DNA of 64,000 nt from positions 1,280,001-1,344,000 of the forward strand of contig OZ242184.1 in assembly GCA_965205855.1 (NCBI GenBank), in the 5' to 3' direction. The notes beneath the pieces are model-generated. The model ran no database searches. It had not been told where the DNA came from and saw only the letters and a program-made list of their open reading frames with translations. The stretch's first letter is position 1. Each line of letters begins with the position of its first letter. Positions 19,393 to 30,213 of the stretch are shown piece after piece. The position numbers and the translations under genes were made by a program. The DNA comes from Thermodesulfobacteriota bacterium. Lineage in GTDB: Bacteria; Desulfobacterota_D; UBA1144; Nemesobacterales; Mycalebacteriaceae.

Positions 19393-20759
19393 CTCAATTC
19401 CTTCGCAAGCGCATCGCCGCAACGCCAGACATTTCCCGCTCCGAGGGTAAGAAGAACGTCACCTTCACTCAAATCCGCCTTGAGCCTCATGAGCAAACCC
19501 TTTTCGCACGGGCTGTAAACCGCACCCGAGCCTCCGGCGGCTTTCACACTTCTTACCACTTCCTCGGAAGTGACGCCTTTTATCGGTTTCTCTCCGGCGG
19601 GAAACACATCCAGAACATACAACCTTGGAACCTTGCTCAGTACATTCACAAAACTGTCAAAAAGAAGATGCGTCCGCGTGAATCTATGCGGCTGGAATAC
19701 TACAACGGGCTTGGATGAAAACGCTTCCGTAACCGAATCCACTGTAACCCGTATCTCTTCGGGATGGTGTCCGTAATCGTCAATTATCTTTATTCCTCTC
19801 ACCTCGTCCCTCAACTGCATGCGCCTCTCTATGCCACCGAAACTTTCAAGCCCGTTTTTTACTGAGTCAAAACACATACCCATTTCCATGCCCAGAGCCA
19901 CGGCGGCAAGCGAGTTGACAGCGTTATGGACGCCAGGAACCGCAAGCGCGGCTTCGCCGAGTTTCTTTCCCTTAAAGAAGACCTCAAACCTTGTGTTAAA
20001 GCCCCGCATCTCAATTTTACCGAGCCTGAAATCCGCGTCCACGCCTCTGCCGTAAGTTACAAACCTTTTAGAAACACGCTTTGTCATTTCCCGAATATAA
20101 CCGCAGTCAGAGCACAGCACCGAAAGCCCGTAGAAAGGCGTTTTCTCAATAAATTCAAAAAAACCGTCGCGTAGATTCTCCACCGTTCCATGGTAATCCA
20201 AATGCTCGCAATCAACATTTGAGAGAACTGAAATCGCAGGTGAAAGCCTGTTGAAGGAGCCGTCGCTTTCATCCGCCTCAACAAGCATGATGTCTCCGCC
20301 GCCGAACCACCCGCTGCCAAGAGTGGCGACTTTTCCCCCGACCACAACAGTCGGATCAAAACCGCCCTCGGCAAGAACGGACGCTATCATTGATGTTATC
20401 GTGGTTTTCCCGTGGCTTCCCATTACGGCAATACCGAATTTCATTCTCATAAGTTCGGCGAGCATTTCAGCCCTTTGTATGACCGGAATACCCTGTTTTT
20501 TTGCCCCGGCAAGCTCCGGGTTTGAGTCCCGTATTGCCGAAGAGACAACTACGACATCCGAGCCGTTGACGTTATCGGTCAGATGTTCGCGGCGTATTTT
20601 TGCTCCCGCCTTTTCAAGCGCGGTAATAGCCTCCGAAGAACCGGTGTCCGAACCTGAGACTTCGTATCCGATTCTGAGCAGAACTTCGGCGAGTCCGCTC
20701 ATGCCCGAACCCGCAATTCCAATCATATGTATCTTTTTGAATTTCCCTGACATTTTCAC
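19389..20759 (-). CDS. murC: UDP-N-acetylmuramate-L-alanine ligase
   Basis: IGIAGSGMSGLA, GSHGKTT, EADESDGSF, DDYGHHP, FQPHR. Confidence 0.97.
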   Translation of the reverse strand: MKMSGKFKKIHMIGIAGSGMSGLAEVLLRIGYEVSGSDTGSSEAITALEKAGAKIRREHLTDNVNGSDVVVVSSAIRDSNPELAGAKKQGIPVIQRAEMLAELMRMKFGIAVMGSHGKTTITSMIASVLAEGGFDPTVVVGGKVATLGSGWFGGGDIMLVEADESDGSFNRLSPAISVLSNVDCEHLDYHGTVENLRDGFFEFIEKTPFYGLSVLCSDCGYIREMTKRVSKRFVTYGRGVDADFRLGKIEMRGFNTRFEVFFKGKKLGEAALAVPGVHNAVNSLAAVALGMEMGMCFDSVKNGLESFGGIERRMQLRDEVRGIKIIDDYGHHPEEIRVTVDSVTEAFSSKPVVVFQPHRFTRTHLLFDSFVNVLSKVPRLYVLDVFPAGEKPIKGVTSEEVVRSVKAAGGSGAVYSPCEKGLLMRLKADLSEGDVLLTLGAGNVWRCGDALAKELR

Positions 20760-21862
20760 TTCCCGGCAAGTATTTCTATCTCGTCCACAATGTTTTTTGC
20801 CGCATCCGGCGCCGCGATTGCCGATACCGCTTTTGACATCGCCTCAAGCATATTCCAGTTAAGCAGTCTTTGCAGGGTTTCGGCAACCGCTTTTTCAGAC
20901 AGGACATCCTCTTCTATCACAAACGCCGCACCCGCTCTTTCCATCATCTTGGCGTTCGCGCGCTGATGGTCCCGGGCGGCAAACGGATATGGAACAAGAA
21001 TGGAAGGCTTGGAAAAAAGCGCTATCTCGGAAATCGCTCCGGCTCCGGCCCTTGATATTACCAAATCCGATTCAACATAAAAGTCCGCCACCACCGGGTC
21101 GAAGTCAAAAACTCGCGCACTCACACCCGCGGACCTGTAAGTCCTTTCAATATCACAAACGGCTCCCAAACCCGTCTGGTGGATTACGCTTATGTTTTTC
21201 CGTGTCAGCTTTTTGAAGGAGGCTATGGCGCCCGGAACCACGCGGTTCAGTGAGCTCGCGCCGCGGCTTCCACCAATAACAAAAATCACGCAGCCGTCCG
21301 GTTGCGGAGACCGTCCCGCGGTCCGACGGCGGAGCGCCGCGGCGGCAATTTCACGCCGGACGGGATTTCCCGAAATCCTGACCTTTTCAGGCGCGAAGCC
21401 GGAGGGGAAAACCCCGCCGGGCGGCGGAAAAGAGAGAAACACCCTTTGCGCAACCCTGCCGAGCATTCCGTTTGCGAGTCCGGGGACGCTGTTCTGTTCG
21501 CAAACGGCAACGGGAATTCCCATGACCCATGCCGCCGCAATTGCCGGAAAAGACGCATACCCACCCATGCCCACGGCCACATCGGGAGAGAAACCGCGTA
21601 AGAGAAACATTGACTTCACAATACCGAGAGCGGAGGCAAAAACACCTGAAACCGCGCCGGAAATGCCCGTGCCAGCAACGCCCGCACCGCGTGCCGCCTC
21701 AAACCTGTAGCCCGCTTGCGGCACAAGGCGGCTCTCCAAACCACTTGAAGTCCCCACGAAAAGAATCTCGCTTGAGCTGTCTCTTTTTTTTATTTCATCG
21801 GCGACCGCCAGAGCCGGAAACAGATGCCCACCCGTTCCGCCTCCCGATATTACAACTCTCAT
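20756..21862 (-). CDS. murG: Lipid II GlcNAc transferase
   Basis: GGGTGGHLFP, EQN, GNPVR, GGSRGA, SRAGA, HQRANA. Confidence 0.96.
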   Translation of the reverse strand: MRVVISGGGTGGHLFPALAVADEIKKRDSSSEILFVGTSSGLESRLVPQAGYRFEAARGAGVAGTGISGAVSGVFASALGIVKSMFLLRGFSPDVAVGMGGYASFPAIAAAWVMGIPVAVCEQNSVPGLANGMLGRVAQRVFLSFPPPGGVFPSGFAPEKVRISGNPVRREIAAAALRRRTAGRSPQPDGCVIFVIGGSRGASSLNRVVPGAIASFKKLTRKNISVIHQTGLGAVCDIERTYRSAGVSARVFDFDPVVADFYVESDLVISRAGAGAISEIALFSKPSILVPYPFAARDHQRANAKMMERAGAAFVIEEDVLSEKAVAETLQRLLNWNMLEAMSKAVSAIAAPDAAKNIVDEIEILAGK

Positions 21863-22980
21863 TGCCGCGATGCCCTGGCCCTTGATACGCTGAGAATAAC
21901 CCCGACCGCTCCAAGGCTTACGACAAGAGATGTTCCCCCGTAACTCAAAAACGGCAAAGTCAAACCCTTGGTGGGCAAAATGGACAAGGCAACTGCCATG
22001 TTAATCAACGCCTGAAAAACTATAAGCAATGTGTAACTTATAACCAGATGGAAACCGAAAGCGTCCGGGGCAGTAACTGCTATTTTCACACTTCTGAACA
22101 GAAAGACGAGAAACGCCGCAATCACAAACATGATTCCGGCAAAACCGAATTCCTCGCCGATTATGGAAAGTATGAAATCCGTATGGGCCTGAGGCAGAAA
22201 GAACAGTTTCTGACTACTTGCACCGAGCCCCTGTCCGAACAGGCCGCCGAGACTGAACGCCACCATTGACTGAACCGCCTGATAGCCCGAATCAAAGTAG
22301 TTTCCCCACGGGTCGAGAAACGAGAGGAGTCTTGTTTTTCTGTAAGGTTCAATCCACACGGCAAAAACGGCGAAACAGAACGCTATCCCGACAAGCAGCG
22401 ACATATGGAGAATTTTTGCACCGCCGAGAAAAAGCATAATTCCGGTAACGGAGAGAACTATGAACGCCGTGCCAAAGTCGGGTTCTACAAAAATCAGTCC
22501 CACATAGAGTCCGGCGAGGATCAAATGCGGGGCGATACCGTGCAGAAAACTCGATATTAAATGGCTTTTACGGGCGAGAGAATCCGACATGTAAAGAAAG
22601 AATATAAATTTGGCAAACTCCGAGGGCTGAAAGGCAAAGCCGCCGAGTGAAATCCATCTCCGCGCGCCGAAAACCTCCCTGCCCACGCCTTCAAACAGAA
22701 CCGCCGCGAGAAAAACCAGCCCCGCGAAATACGCGGGCATGGCGATTTTCCTCAGTTTTGTGTAGTCCATCATTGCGGCAACGGTCATGGCCACAAACCC
22801 CAGACTCAAATAGAACATCTGCAGTTTGAAAAACCTCCATGAGTCGCCGTATTTCTCAAAGGCGTAAGCCGAGCTTGTGCTGTACACCATCAGCGCTCCG
22901 GCAAGGGAAAAAGCAACGACCACAAACATCAAAGTGTAGTCAAAACCCAGGGGCGCGCGGCTATTTGAAGTTTTTAACAA
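21859..22980 (-). CDS. ftsW: Peptidoglycan polymerase FtsW (start approximate)
   Basis: GARRWI, FQPSEFAK, EPDFG, LPQAHTDF, LPFLSYGG. Confidence 0.95.
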   Translation of the reverse strand: MLKTSNSRAPLGFDYTLMFVVVAFSLAGALMVYSTSSAYAFEKYGDSWRFFKLQMFYLSLGFVAMTVAAMMDYTKLRKIAMPAYFAGLVFLAAVLFEGVGREVFGARRWISLGGFAFQPSEFAKFIFFLYMSDSLARKSHLISSFLHGIAPHLILAGLYVGLIFVEPDFGTAFIVLSVTGIMLFLGGAKILHMSLLVGIAFCFAVFAVWIEPYRKTRLLSFLDPWGNYFDSGYQAVQSMVAFSLGGLFGQGLGASSQKLFFLPQAHTDFILSIIGEEFGFAGIMFVIAAFLVFLFRSVKIAVTAPDAFGFHLVISYTLLIVFQALINMAVALSILPTKGLTLPFLSYGGTSLVVSLGAVGVILSVSRARASRQ

Positions 22981-24301
22981 TCTTTTTAAACTCCCTGCCC
23001 CTTTCCTCAAAAGAGGAAAACATATCAAAACTTGAACACGCGGGCGAAAAAACTATTGAGCCTCCGGGCCTCGATTCTGCCACGGCGCGTTCAACCGCCC
23101 TTTCAAGTGAGTCGGTAACAACGGTTTTGACCAGTCCGCCGAGCTCGTACATCATGGAATCACCAGACTCGCCGAAAAGCACAAGAGAGCTGACCTTGCG
23201 TTCAATCGGACGACGCAGAGCCGAGTAGCCGGTTTTTTTATCCTTCCCTCCGGATATTAAAACCACGGGAGCCCGAAGCCCCTCAAGAGCGCTCACGGTC
23301 GCGGCGGGATTGGTCGCCTTTGAATCGTTGTAAACGCGCGCACCGGAGATTTCACACACAAACTCCATCCTGTGAGGAGGAGGGGAAAATTCATTTGCCG
23401 CATCGGCCGTTTCTTTCGGGTCACAACCAAGGATGGAGGCAATCGCAATCGCCGCCATCGCGTTTTCAATGTTATGTTTTCCATGAATTTTTGCACGGGA
23501 AAGGTCGTACGTCTCCCCCATAAATGAGATATTCGTGCCATCTGTGGTTACATAACCGGCACGCGGCTCCGCGCGGGAAGAGTCAAAAACAACCGTTCTG
23601 GCACGAACGGAATCAATCACCGGGCGCATTTGGGCATTTGAGCCGTTGACAACAGCCCAGTCGTCTGAAGTCTGGGCTGCGAATATTTTCTTTTTGGAAG
23701 CGATGTAGTCTTCATAGTCCGAGTGAACATCAAGATGGTTTGGCGAAAGGTTGAGCATAACGGCGACAAGGGGCTTGAAAGTGTCTGTGGTTTTAAGTTG
23801 GAAACTGCTCATTTCAAGAAGCGCCACATCGTAATTGTTTTCCTTCCCGACCGCGTTGACAAACGGGTCGCCGATATTTCCGCCAATAAAAGGCCGCCTG
23901 TTGCACCGCTTCAGAATATGGCCGACAAGACCGGTCGTTGTCGTCTTGCCGTTTGAGCCGGTAATAGCGACAACGGGAAGGCGGCTCAACCTGAAAGAGA
24001 ACTCCGCCTCTCCCATAACTTCAACCCCCGCCGCGATCGCCGCGCGGACCGGCTCAATATCGGGCGAAACTCCGGGGCTTAATATCAGAGAGCCGGTTTT
24101 CACAAAACTGTCTTTGAGATGCCCGCCCGCTTCAATGCCCACACCAAGACTCTCAAGTTCCCCCGCGGCCGGAATCTCGCGCCGGGGTCTGGTGTCGGTC
24201 GCCGTAACCGCCGCGCCGTTGAGGGCGAGAAAGCGGCTCACGGCAATTCCGGTCTTTCCAATCCCGGCAACAAGAAACTTCCCGCCTTTTATTTTCATCA
24301 C
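22961..24301 (-). CDS. murD: UDP-MurNAc-L-Ala-D-Glu ligase
   Basis: ITGSNGKTT, EMSSFQL, NDSKATN, SPACSSFDMF. Confidence 0.96.
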   Translation of the reverse strand: MMKIKGGKFLVAGIGKTGIAVSRFLALNGAAVTATDTRPRREIPAAGELESLGVGIEAGGHLKDSFVKTGSLILSPGVSPDIEPVRAAIAAGVEVMGEAEFSFRLSRLPVVAITGSNGKTTTTGLVGHILKRCNRRPFIGGNIGDPFVNAVGKENNYDVALLEMSSFQLKTTDTFKPLVAVMLNLSPNHLDVHSDYEDYIASKKKIFAAQTSDDWAVVNGSNAQMRPVIDSVRARTVVFDSSRAEPRAGYVTTDGTNISFMGETYDLSRAKIHGKHNIENAMAAIAIASILGCDPKETADAANEFSPPPHRMEFVCEISGARVYNDSKATNPAATVSALEGLRAPVVLISGGKDKKTGYSALRRPIERKVSSLVLFGESGDSMMYELGGLVKTVVTDSLERAVERAVAESRPGGSIVFSPACSSFDMFSSFEERGREFKKIVKNFK

Positions 24302-24308
24302 TGGCGGA

Positions 24309-25424
24309 CTACCTTGCTTTCAATGTCGCAAGCGCGAGAAACGCGAGCACAAATGAGATTATCCAGAAACGGATGACTATCTGCGATTCGTGCCATCCCG
24401 TCTTTTCAAAATGGTGGTGAAGAGGAGCCATCTTGAAAAACCTTTTTCCTTTTAAGCGGAAAAACACAACCTGTATAAGCACCGAAACAGTCTCGGCGAC
24501 AAATATACCTCCGATAACAACAAGCAAAATCTCCTGCTTTGTTACAAGCGCGGCAAGCCCTATTGACGCACCGAGAGAAAGCGAGCCGGTATCTCCCATG
24601 AAAACGCGCGCAGGATAGGCATTGTGCCAGAGAAATCCGAGGCATGCGCCGCCAAGTGCCGCGAGAAAGACGGCAAATTCTCCAGCGTTGGGAACATACG
24701 GAATATGAAGGTAGTTCGCAAGATTCAAGTTTCCAGCGACAAAAGCGAGAATATAATAAGTTCCGACCGTAATGATAATGGACCCTATCGCAAGACCATC
24801 AAGGCCGTCTGTGAGATTGACGGCGTTTGAAGTTCCTATCGTAACAAAAAGGGCGAGAACAAAATACAGCCATCCGAATTCAAAAACCGCGGTCTTCAAA
24901 AATGGAAAGGCAACCGAAGTGAACGAATACTTTTCGGAGCCCTCCGCAGAATTTATAAAAACTGAGAACCCCCCCTCCTGAACACGAATCAAGATGAAAA
25001 CAAGAATCACCGCCGCGACGCACTGAACAAAAAACTTGAGACCGATCCTCATTCCCCCGAAACCGGAAAGTTTCATCCGGTCGTCAACAAATCCTATCAA
25101 ACCGAATACGGCGGTGAATACAACCGAGAAAATCACAATCGGTTCGGAAAGATTCCCCCACAAAAGCGTAGACAGCGTAACCGCGAGAACTATGAAAATC
25201 CCACCCATTGTCGGAGTGCCGGATTTAATTTTGTGTCGAGCCGGGCCGTCGGAGCGTATCTTCTCTCTTATCCTGCCGCGGTCAAGGAATGCTATCGCCC
25301 TTCCGCCGAGAAACACGCTTATGAAAAAAGCAAAAACCCCGGCGCCGAAGGAGCGGAAAGTTACATAGCTGAATATGTTCAGTAACGACAAATCGTCTTT
25401 CAGAAAATGAAGAAGGTGGAGCAT
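24309..25424 (-). CDS. mraY: Phospho-MurNAc-pentapeptide transferase
   Basis: GTPTMGG, NAVNLTDGLDGL, FMGDTGS, MAPLHHHFE. Confidence 0.97.
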   Translation of the reverse strand: MLHLLHFLKDDLSLLNIFSYVTFRSFGAGVFAFFISVFLGGRAIAFLDRGRIREKIRSDGPARHKIKSGTPTMGGIFIVLAVTLSTLLWGNLSEPIVIFSVVFTAVFGLIGFVDDRMKLSGFGGMRIGLKFFVQCVAAVILVFILIRVQEGGFSVFINSAEGSEKYSFTSVAFPFLKTAVFEFGWLYFVLALFVTIGTSNAVNLTDGLDGLAIGSIIITVGTYYILAFVAGNLNLANYLHIPYVPNAGEFAVFLAALGGACLGFLWHNAYPARVFMGDTGSLSLGASIGLAALVTKQEILLVVIGGIFVAETVSVLIQVVFFRLKGKRFFKMAPLHHHFEKTGWHESQIVIRFWIISFVLAFLALATLKAR

Positions 25425-25433
25425 TTCAGTTTT

Positions 25434-26813
25434 TTAACGCGTTTGCGGAACGCTAATCCTCCGTATGATTTTCTCCATCTTCATGCCGCGCGAGCCTTTT
25501 ACAAGAACAAAATCACCGGGCTTGGCAACACTTTTGATTATATCCGCCGCCTCGTTATGTGAAACGGTTTTTTCAACACGAATTTTCGAGCCCGCCGCCG
25601 CACACACATCCCCAGCCCGCTCGCCGAATCCGATAAGAAAGTCAACTCCGCAAGCGGCGGCTTTCTCTCCAACCGCACGATGATACATACCGCTCATGTC
25701 ACCCAGTTCAAGCATGTCTCCTAGAACCGCTATCGCGCTTGAGGTCGTTTTCCGCACGTTTCTGAAATGGCAGAGGTCCTCAAGGGCCGCGGAGACCGAA
25801 TCGGGATTTGCGTTGTAACAGTCGTTTATGAGAGTAACTCCTCCCATAATCTCAGCGACCTCCATTCTCATCTCCGCAGGCTGGAAGTTCCGTATTCCGG
25901 ACGCTATTTCATCACCGGAAAGCCCGAAAGAAAGAGAGATAGCCGCAGCACACAGAAAGTTCATAACATTGTGCCTACCGACTGCGGGAGCTGTTACCGG
26001 AAAATCACTTCCGCCGATTCTCATTGTAAAACTCAGCGAACGCTCGGTGCCGTTTATGCCGAACGCGAAAACCTCCGCCTCCGGCAAGACGGTTGAAAAT
26101 CCGGTTTTACCGCAGTCAAGCGAGTCGGATATTTTACGGGCGAGCCGGTCGTCCAGATTAACAGCGAAGTGGCTCTCTTTTCCAAATGAGCGGAAAAGAA
26201 GCGACTTTTCCTCCGAGATTTTTTCTCCGCTTCCGAACCTGCCGATGTGAGCCGTGCCTATGTTGGTAACCGCTCCGATGTCTGGAGCGGCGATGGATGC
26301 AAGCCCTTCCATCTCCCCGGGAGAGTTGATTCCGACCTCGGCCACACAAACTTCGTGTTCGGGGCGGATATCAAGCAGTGTGAGAGGAAGCCCCAGATGG
26401 TTGTTGAAGCTTTTTCTGTTTACGACCGCGCGGCGGCCGGAAGATTCAAAAATGGCCGCAAGTGCCTGCTTGGTTGTGGTCTTGCCGCTTGAACCGGTTA
26501 CGCAGATAACTTTGAGATTTTTGAATTTTTTTCTCCAATTCCGCGCCGTGTCCGCGAGAGCGCGTGTAGTCGAGGAAACGCAAATCAAAGGCACCCCGGG
26601 AAGAGCATATCCGCTTTCAACGACTGCCGCGGCCGCTCCGGCCTTAAAAGCCGCACGGACATAGTCGTGCCCGTCTTTTTCCCCTTTGATTGCGAAAAAA
26701 AGGTCGCCACTCTTAAGAAGCCTTGAGTCAATTGAAACACCCGAGTATGCGTTCGGGGGATTTCCCACCGTTTTCGCACAGATGGTTTTCAAAACAAATT
26801 TGTGCTCTATCAA
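25434..26813 (-). CDS. murF: UDP-MurNAc-tripeptide D-Ala-D-Ala ligase
   Basis: TGSSGKTTTK, NNHLGLPLT, NDCYNANP, LGDMLELG, KGSRG; TTGA overlap with murE. Confidence 0.95.
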   Translation of the reverse strand: MIEHKFVLKTICAKTVGNPPNAYSGVSIDSRLLKSGDLFFAIKGEKDGHDYVRAAFKAGAAAAVVESGYALPGVPLICVSSTTRALADTARNWRKKFKNLKVICVTGSSGKTTTKQALAAIFESSGRRAVVNRKSFNNHLGLPLTLLDIRPEHEVCVAEVGINSPGEMEGLASIAAPDIGAVTNIGTAHIGRFGSGEKISEEKSLLFRSFGKESHFAVNLDDRLARKISDSLDCGKTGFSTVLPEAEVFAFGINGTERSLSFTMRIGGSDFPVTAPAVGRHNVMNFLCAAAISLSFGLSGDEIASGIRNFQPAEMRMEVAEIMGGVTLINDCYNANPDSVSAALEDLCHFRNVRKTTSSAIAVLGDMLELGDMSGMYHRAVGEKAAACGVDFLIGFGERAGDVCAAAGSKIRVEKTVSHNEAADIIKSVAKPGDFVLVKGSRGMKMEKIIRRISVPQTR

Positions 26814-28300
26814 GCGGCGTCCTCCCTCTGTTTGAGAAACTCCGCCGCGCACTGTCTGTCATCAAAAGGCAGATTTTCACCCGCGACGCTTTGATATCTT
26901 TCATGTCCCTTGCCCGCTACGAGAACAAAATCTCCGGGGCTTGCAGACAAAACCGCGTGCCTTATTGCGTCCCTTCTGTCGGTGATTTTCAGCGCGCCAC
27001 ATCCGCCGGAAGACATGCCCGCCTCAATGTCATCAAGGATGCTTGCGGGGTCTTCGCCTCTCGGATTATCCGAGGTAAGAATGGCAATATCCGCCTTAAG
27101 GCTCGCCACGCGACCCATTTCCGCGCGTTTGCCCCTGTCCCTACCGCCGCCACATCCGAACACGACAAACATCCTCCCCCGGCACATAGGGCGAAATGCG
27201 CTGATAACCTTTTCAAGCGCGTCCGGGGTATGCGCGTAGTCAACAAATACATCAATCGTCGCGTCTTTGCATCCGACCCTTTCCATTCTTCCCGGCACCG
27301 ATAGCGGAGATGAAAGCGCGGCGGCGACCTTGTCCGGTGGAGAACCGAGGCAAAGCGCGGCGGCAGCGGCGGCAAGTATGTTTGAAAGGTTGTACTGACC
27401 TATCAGGTTGGAACTGATATCCAGTTTTTCCCACGGCGTGCGCAAAACGGCTCTGATTCCGTTTCTGTGAAATGAAAATTTCTCCGCGAAAATTTCCGCG
27501 GACGGATTTGCAACGGAGCAGGAAAAAACCTCTCCCGGCGAGAACGAAGCGATTTCAACCCCGAAAGGGTCGTCAATGTTGACAATCGCAAACTTGTTTT
27601 TTTTCGCGCTTCTCTCCAGCAACTCAGTAAAAAGCTTCTTCTTTGTCTCCGCATACCGCCTGATGTCTCCGTGGTAATCCAGATGGTCGCGGGTAAGATT
27701 TGTGAAAACCGCCGCATCAAATTCGCACGCGACAACCCTCTTTTCGTTTATCGCGTGCGATGAAACTTCCATACTCACTTTTTCCGCGCCTTCGGCAAGC
27801 ATAAGAGAAAATATCCTTTCAAGCTCCGCCGCTTCGGGCGTGGTCATTGACGCTTCCTCCCGCATGGAACCGCATCTTGTCTCCACCGTCCCTATGACTC
27901 CCGCCGTATGTCCGCACCGCTCCCACACGGAGCTCAACAAATGGCAGACGGTTGTTTTCCCGTTCGTGCCGGTTACTCCCACAATTTCAAAACCGTGGGA
28001 CGGATGACCGTATAAAACGCGCGCCGCCAGAGCAAATGCCTCTCTTGAGTCTTTCACAAGCGCGCCGCAAACCCGTAAACCGGACAGATACCTTTCCGTA
28101 ATAACGGCGACCGCTCCCCTTGAAATCGCTTCGGACACATAGTCGTGACCGTCCGAGGTCGCGCCTTTTACGGCGACAAAAACATAACCGGGCAAAACCT
28201 CGGACGATCGGAAACTGATTCCGGTTACGGGAACCGGCTCTCCAGAGTAAATTACTCCGCCAACCGCGGCGGCAATCTCTTTAAAGCTCAGAGGCTTCAT
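26810..28300 (-). CDS. murE: UDP-MurNAc-dipeptide-DAP ligase
   Basis: TGTNGKTT, DHLDYH, DYAHTPD, DNPR (DAP-specific), GKGHE. Confidence 0.96.
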   Translation of the reverse strand: MKPLSFKEIAAAVGGVIYSGEPVPVTGISFRSSEVLPGYVFVAVKGATSDGHDYVSEAISRGAVAVITERYLSGLRVCGALVKDSREAFALAARVLYGHPSHGFEIVGVTGTNGKTTVCHLLSSVWERCGHTAGVIGTVETRCGSMREEASMTTPEAAELERIFSLMLAEGAEKVSMEVSSHAINEKRVVACEFDAAVFTNLTRDHLDYHGDIRRYAETKKKLFTELLERSAKKNKFAIVNIDDPFGVEIASFSPGEVFSCSVANPSAEIFAEKFSFHRNGIRAVLRTPWEKLDISSNLIGQYNLSNILAAAAAALCLGSPPDKVAAALSSPLSVPGRMERVGCKDATIDVFVDYAHTPDALEKVISAFRPMCRGRMFVVFGCGGGRDRGKRAEMGRVASLKADIAILTSDNPRGEDPASILDDIEAGMSSGGCGALKITDRRDAIRHAVLSASPGDFVLVAGKGHERYQSVAGENLPFDDRQCAAEFLKQREDAA

Positions 28301-30213
28301 ATGGAATCCCTTGTAAAAGACACCGAGCATCTCTGCCCTTTTTTAACAAGAACGCCGGATTCCGGACTGTGACCGGTTGCAAACCCGTGTCCGCTGATTT
28401 TTAAATCAACCCCGGTTTTCGTAGCCCATATCGAAACATCCCGGACGCTTTTGCCACGCAAGTCCGGCATTGGAAAGGATTTTTCCGGAAGTGTTCCGTT
28501 CAAAACCATATCAACTTCAAGCATTCCGAGAGTTCTTTCCGCAATCGCTCCGAAAATCGGCGCGGCGGACAGCCCGCCAGATTTCCTTCTCTTCGGCCGG
28601 TTCAGAACAACCACAAGCGCCATGCGCGGATTTTCAACCGGAGCAAAGCCAAGAAAAGATGTCACGTAGGTGTTTGGAAGGTAGCCCTTCCCATTCGAGT
28701 CCGCTATTTGCGCTGTTCCAGTTTTTCCGGCGGTTGTGTATCCCTTCACTGCGGCGCGCCGCGCCGTTCCCCTCTCAACTGTCTGCTCCAGTATGTCGCT
28801 TATACGGCGCGCCACATCGTATGAAACAACTCTTCCCCGCACTTTCGGATTTTTTTTGAGAAGCAAGTTTCCGGACACATCAACCACCCTGTCAACAATA
28901 TAGGGGTCCATCAAATAGCCGCCGTTGGCTATTGCGGAAATTGCGGACGCCATCTGAAGGGCGTTCACCGAAATGCCCTGCCCGAAAGATATGGTCGCAA
29001 GCCCCAGCCTGCCCCAGTTTTTTGGACGCGGAACTATCCCCCTGTGCTCTCCGGGGATAAGGCTTCCGCTTCGGGAACCCAGACCGAAGTTCCTCAAATA
29101 CTTGTGGTAAAGACTCGCGCCCATAATCTCCGCTATTTTTGAAGAGCAGATATTGCTTGAAAAAACAACCGTATCGGTAACCGTAAGTTTGCCATGCGGA
29201 GAGGAATCCCGCACGACAAAGCTTCCGATTTCTCTTTTGCCGTTTTCACAGTCAAAAACGGTGTCTTCGCTCACAAGACCCTTCTCCAGCGCACCGGCGA
29301 CAAGAAAGGGTTTGATTATGGAACCCGGCTCAAAGGACTGCCAGACCGTCAGGTTTCTTTTCTCAATCTCCGAATATTTACGAAAATTGTTCGGGTCAAA
29401 AAACGGATACGACGCCATGGCAAGTATGCGTCCCGTGTGCGGGTCCATAAGCACCGCGCTACCGCTTTGCGCGCCGGATATCTCAACGCCTTTTTTAAGT
29501 TCGTCTTCAACGACATACTGAACGTTTGAATCAACGGTGAGAAAAATATCCGCGCCACCGGTCTCATCCCTGACATTGGGCGTATGGTAAAGCATTGAGC
29601 CGCCCTTGCCGTCTTTTTTGATTTTTATCCTGATATTGCTGCCGGTCATATACTTGTTAAGGGAATACTCAAGCCCCTCTATTCCACGCAAATCGGTGTC
29701 GGCAAATCCCACAACCGGCCCGAGAAGATAACCTTGCGGATACACTCTTTTCTGCTCCCTGATAAATGAAAGCCCCTTCAAGTTCGCCTCACGCAGTTTT
29801 TCAAAATCACCCGAAGACATCTTTCGTTTGAGCCAGACAAAAGACCTTTGTTTTCTGATGGCGCGGGAGAGAATAAAATCGTAATCCAGCCCGGAAATTT
29901 CCGCAACGGAGCGCGAAAAACTCTCGGGGTCTTCAATTTCACCGGGCGTAAGGTAAGAAGAATAAGACTGTTGGCTTGACGCTATAAGAGAACCGTTTGA
30001 GTCAAAAATCCCCCCGCGTTTCGATTTCAGGTTCAAATATCCCGTTTGCTGTCTGGACGCCTGCTTGAAAGCTTTTTCGGTGTCCAGAAATTGAAGGTCA
30101 AACGCTCTGTAGGCAACCACAAGAAAAAACAGGCAGAAAGCGGAGACGCAGACAATCAGTCTGCGTTTTGAAAAAACCGGATTCGCGCGGGTTCGGCGGG
30201 GTGGCGCGTTCAT
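28297..30213 (-). CDS. ftsI: Class B penicillin-binding protein with C-terminal PASTA domain
   Basis: EPGSIIK (SxxK), SSN, KTGTAQ; MPDLRGKS PASTA start. Confidence 0.93.
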   Translation of the reverse strand: MNAPPRRTRANPVFSKRRLIVCVSAFCLFFLVVAYRAFDLQFLDTEKAFKQASRQQTGYLNLKSKRGGIFDSNGSLIASSQQSYSSYLTPGEIEDPESFSRSVAEISGLDYDFILSRAIRKQRSFVWLKRKMSSGDFEKLREANLKGLSFIREQKRVYPQGYLLGPVVGFADTDLRGIEGLEYSLNKYMTGSNIRIKIKKDGKGGSMLYHTPNVRDETGGADIFLTVDSNVQYVVEDELKKGVEISGAQSGSAVLMDPHTGRILAMASYPFFDPNNFRKYSEIEKRNLTVWQSFEPGSIIKPFLVAGALEKGLVSEDTVFDCENGKREIGSFVVRDSSPHGKLTVTDTVVFSSNICSSKIAEIMGASLYHKYLRNFGLGSRSGSLIPGEHRGIVPRPKNWGRLGLATISFGQGISVNALQMASAISAIANGGYLMDPYIVDRVVDVSGNLLLKKNPKVRGRVVSYDVARRISDILEQTVERGTARRAAVKGYTTAGKTGTAQIADSNGKGYLPNTYVTSFLGFAPVENPRMALVVVLNRPKRRKSGGLSAAPIFGAIAERTLGMLEVDMVLNGTLPEKSFPMPDLRGKSVRDVSIWATKTGVDLKISGHGFATGHSPESGVLVKKGQRCSVSFTRDSI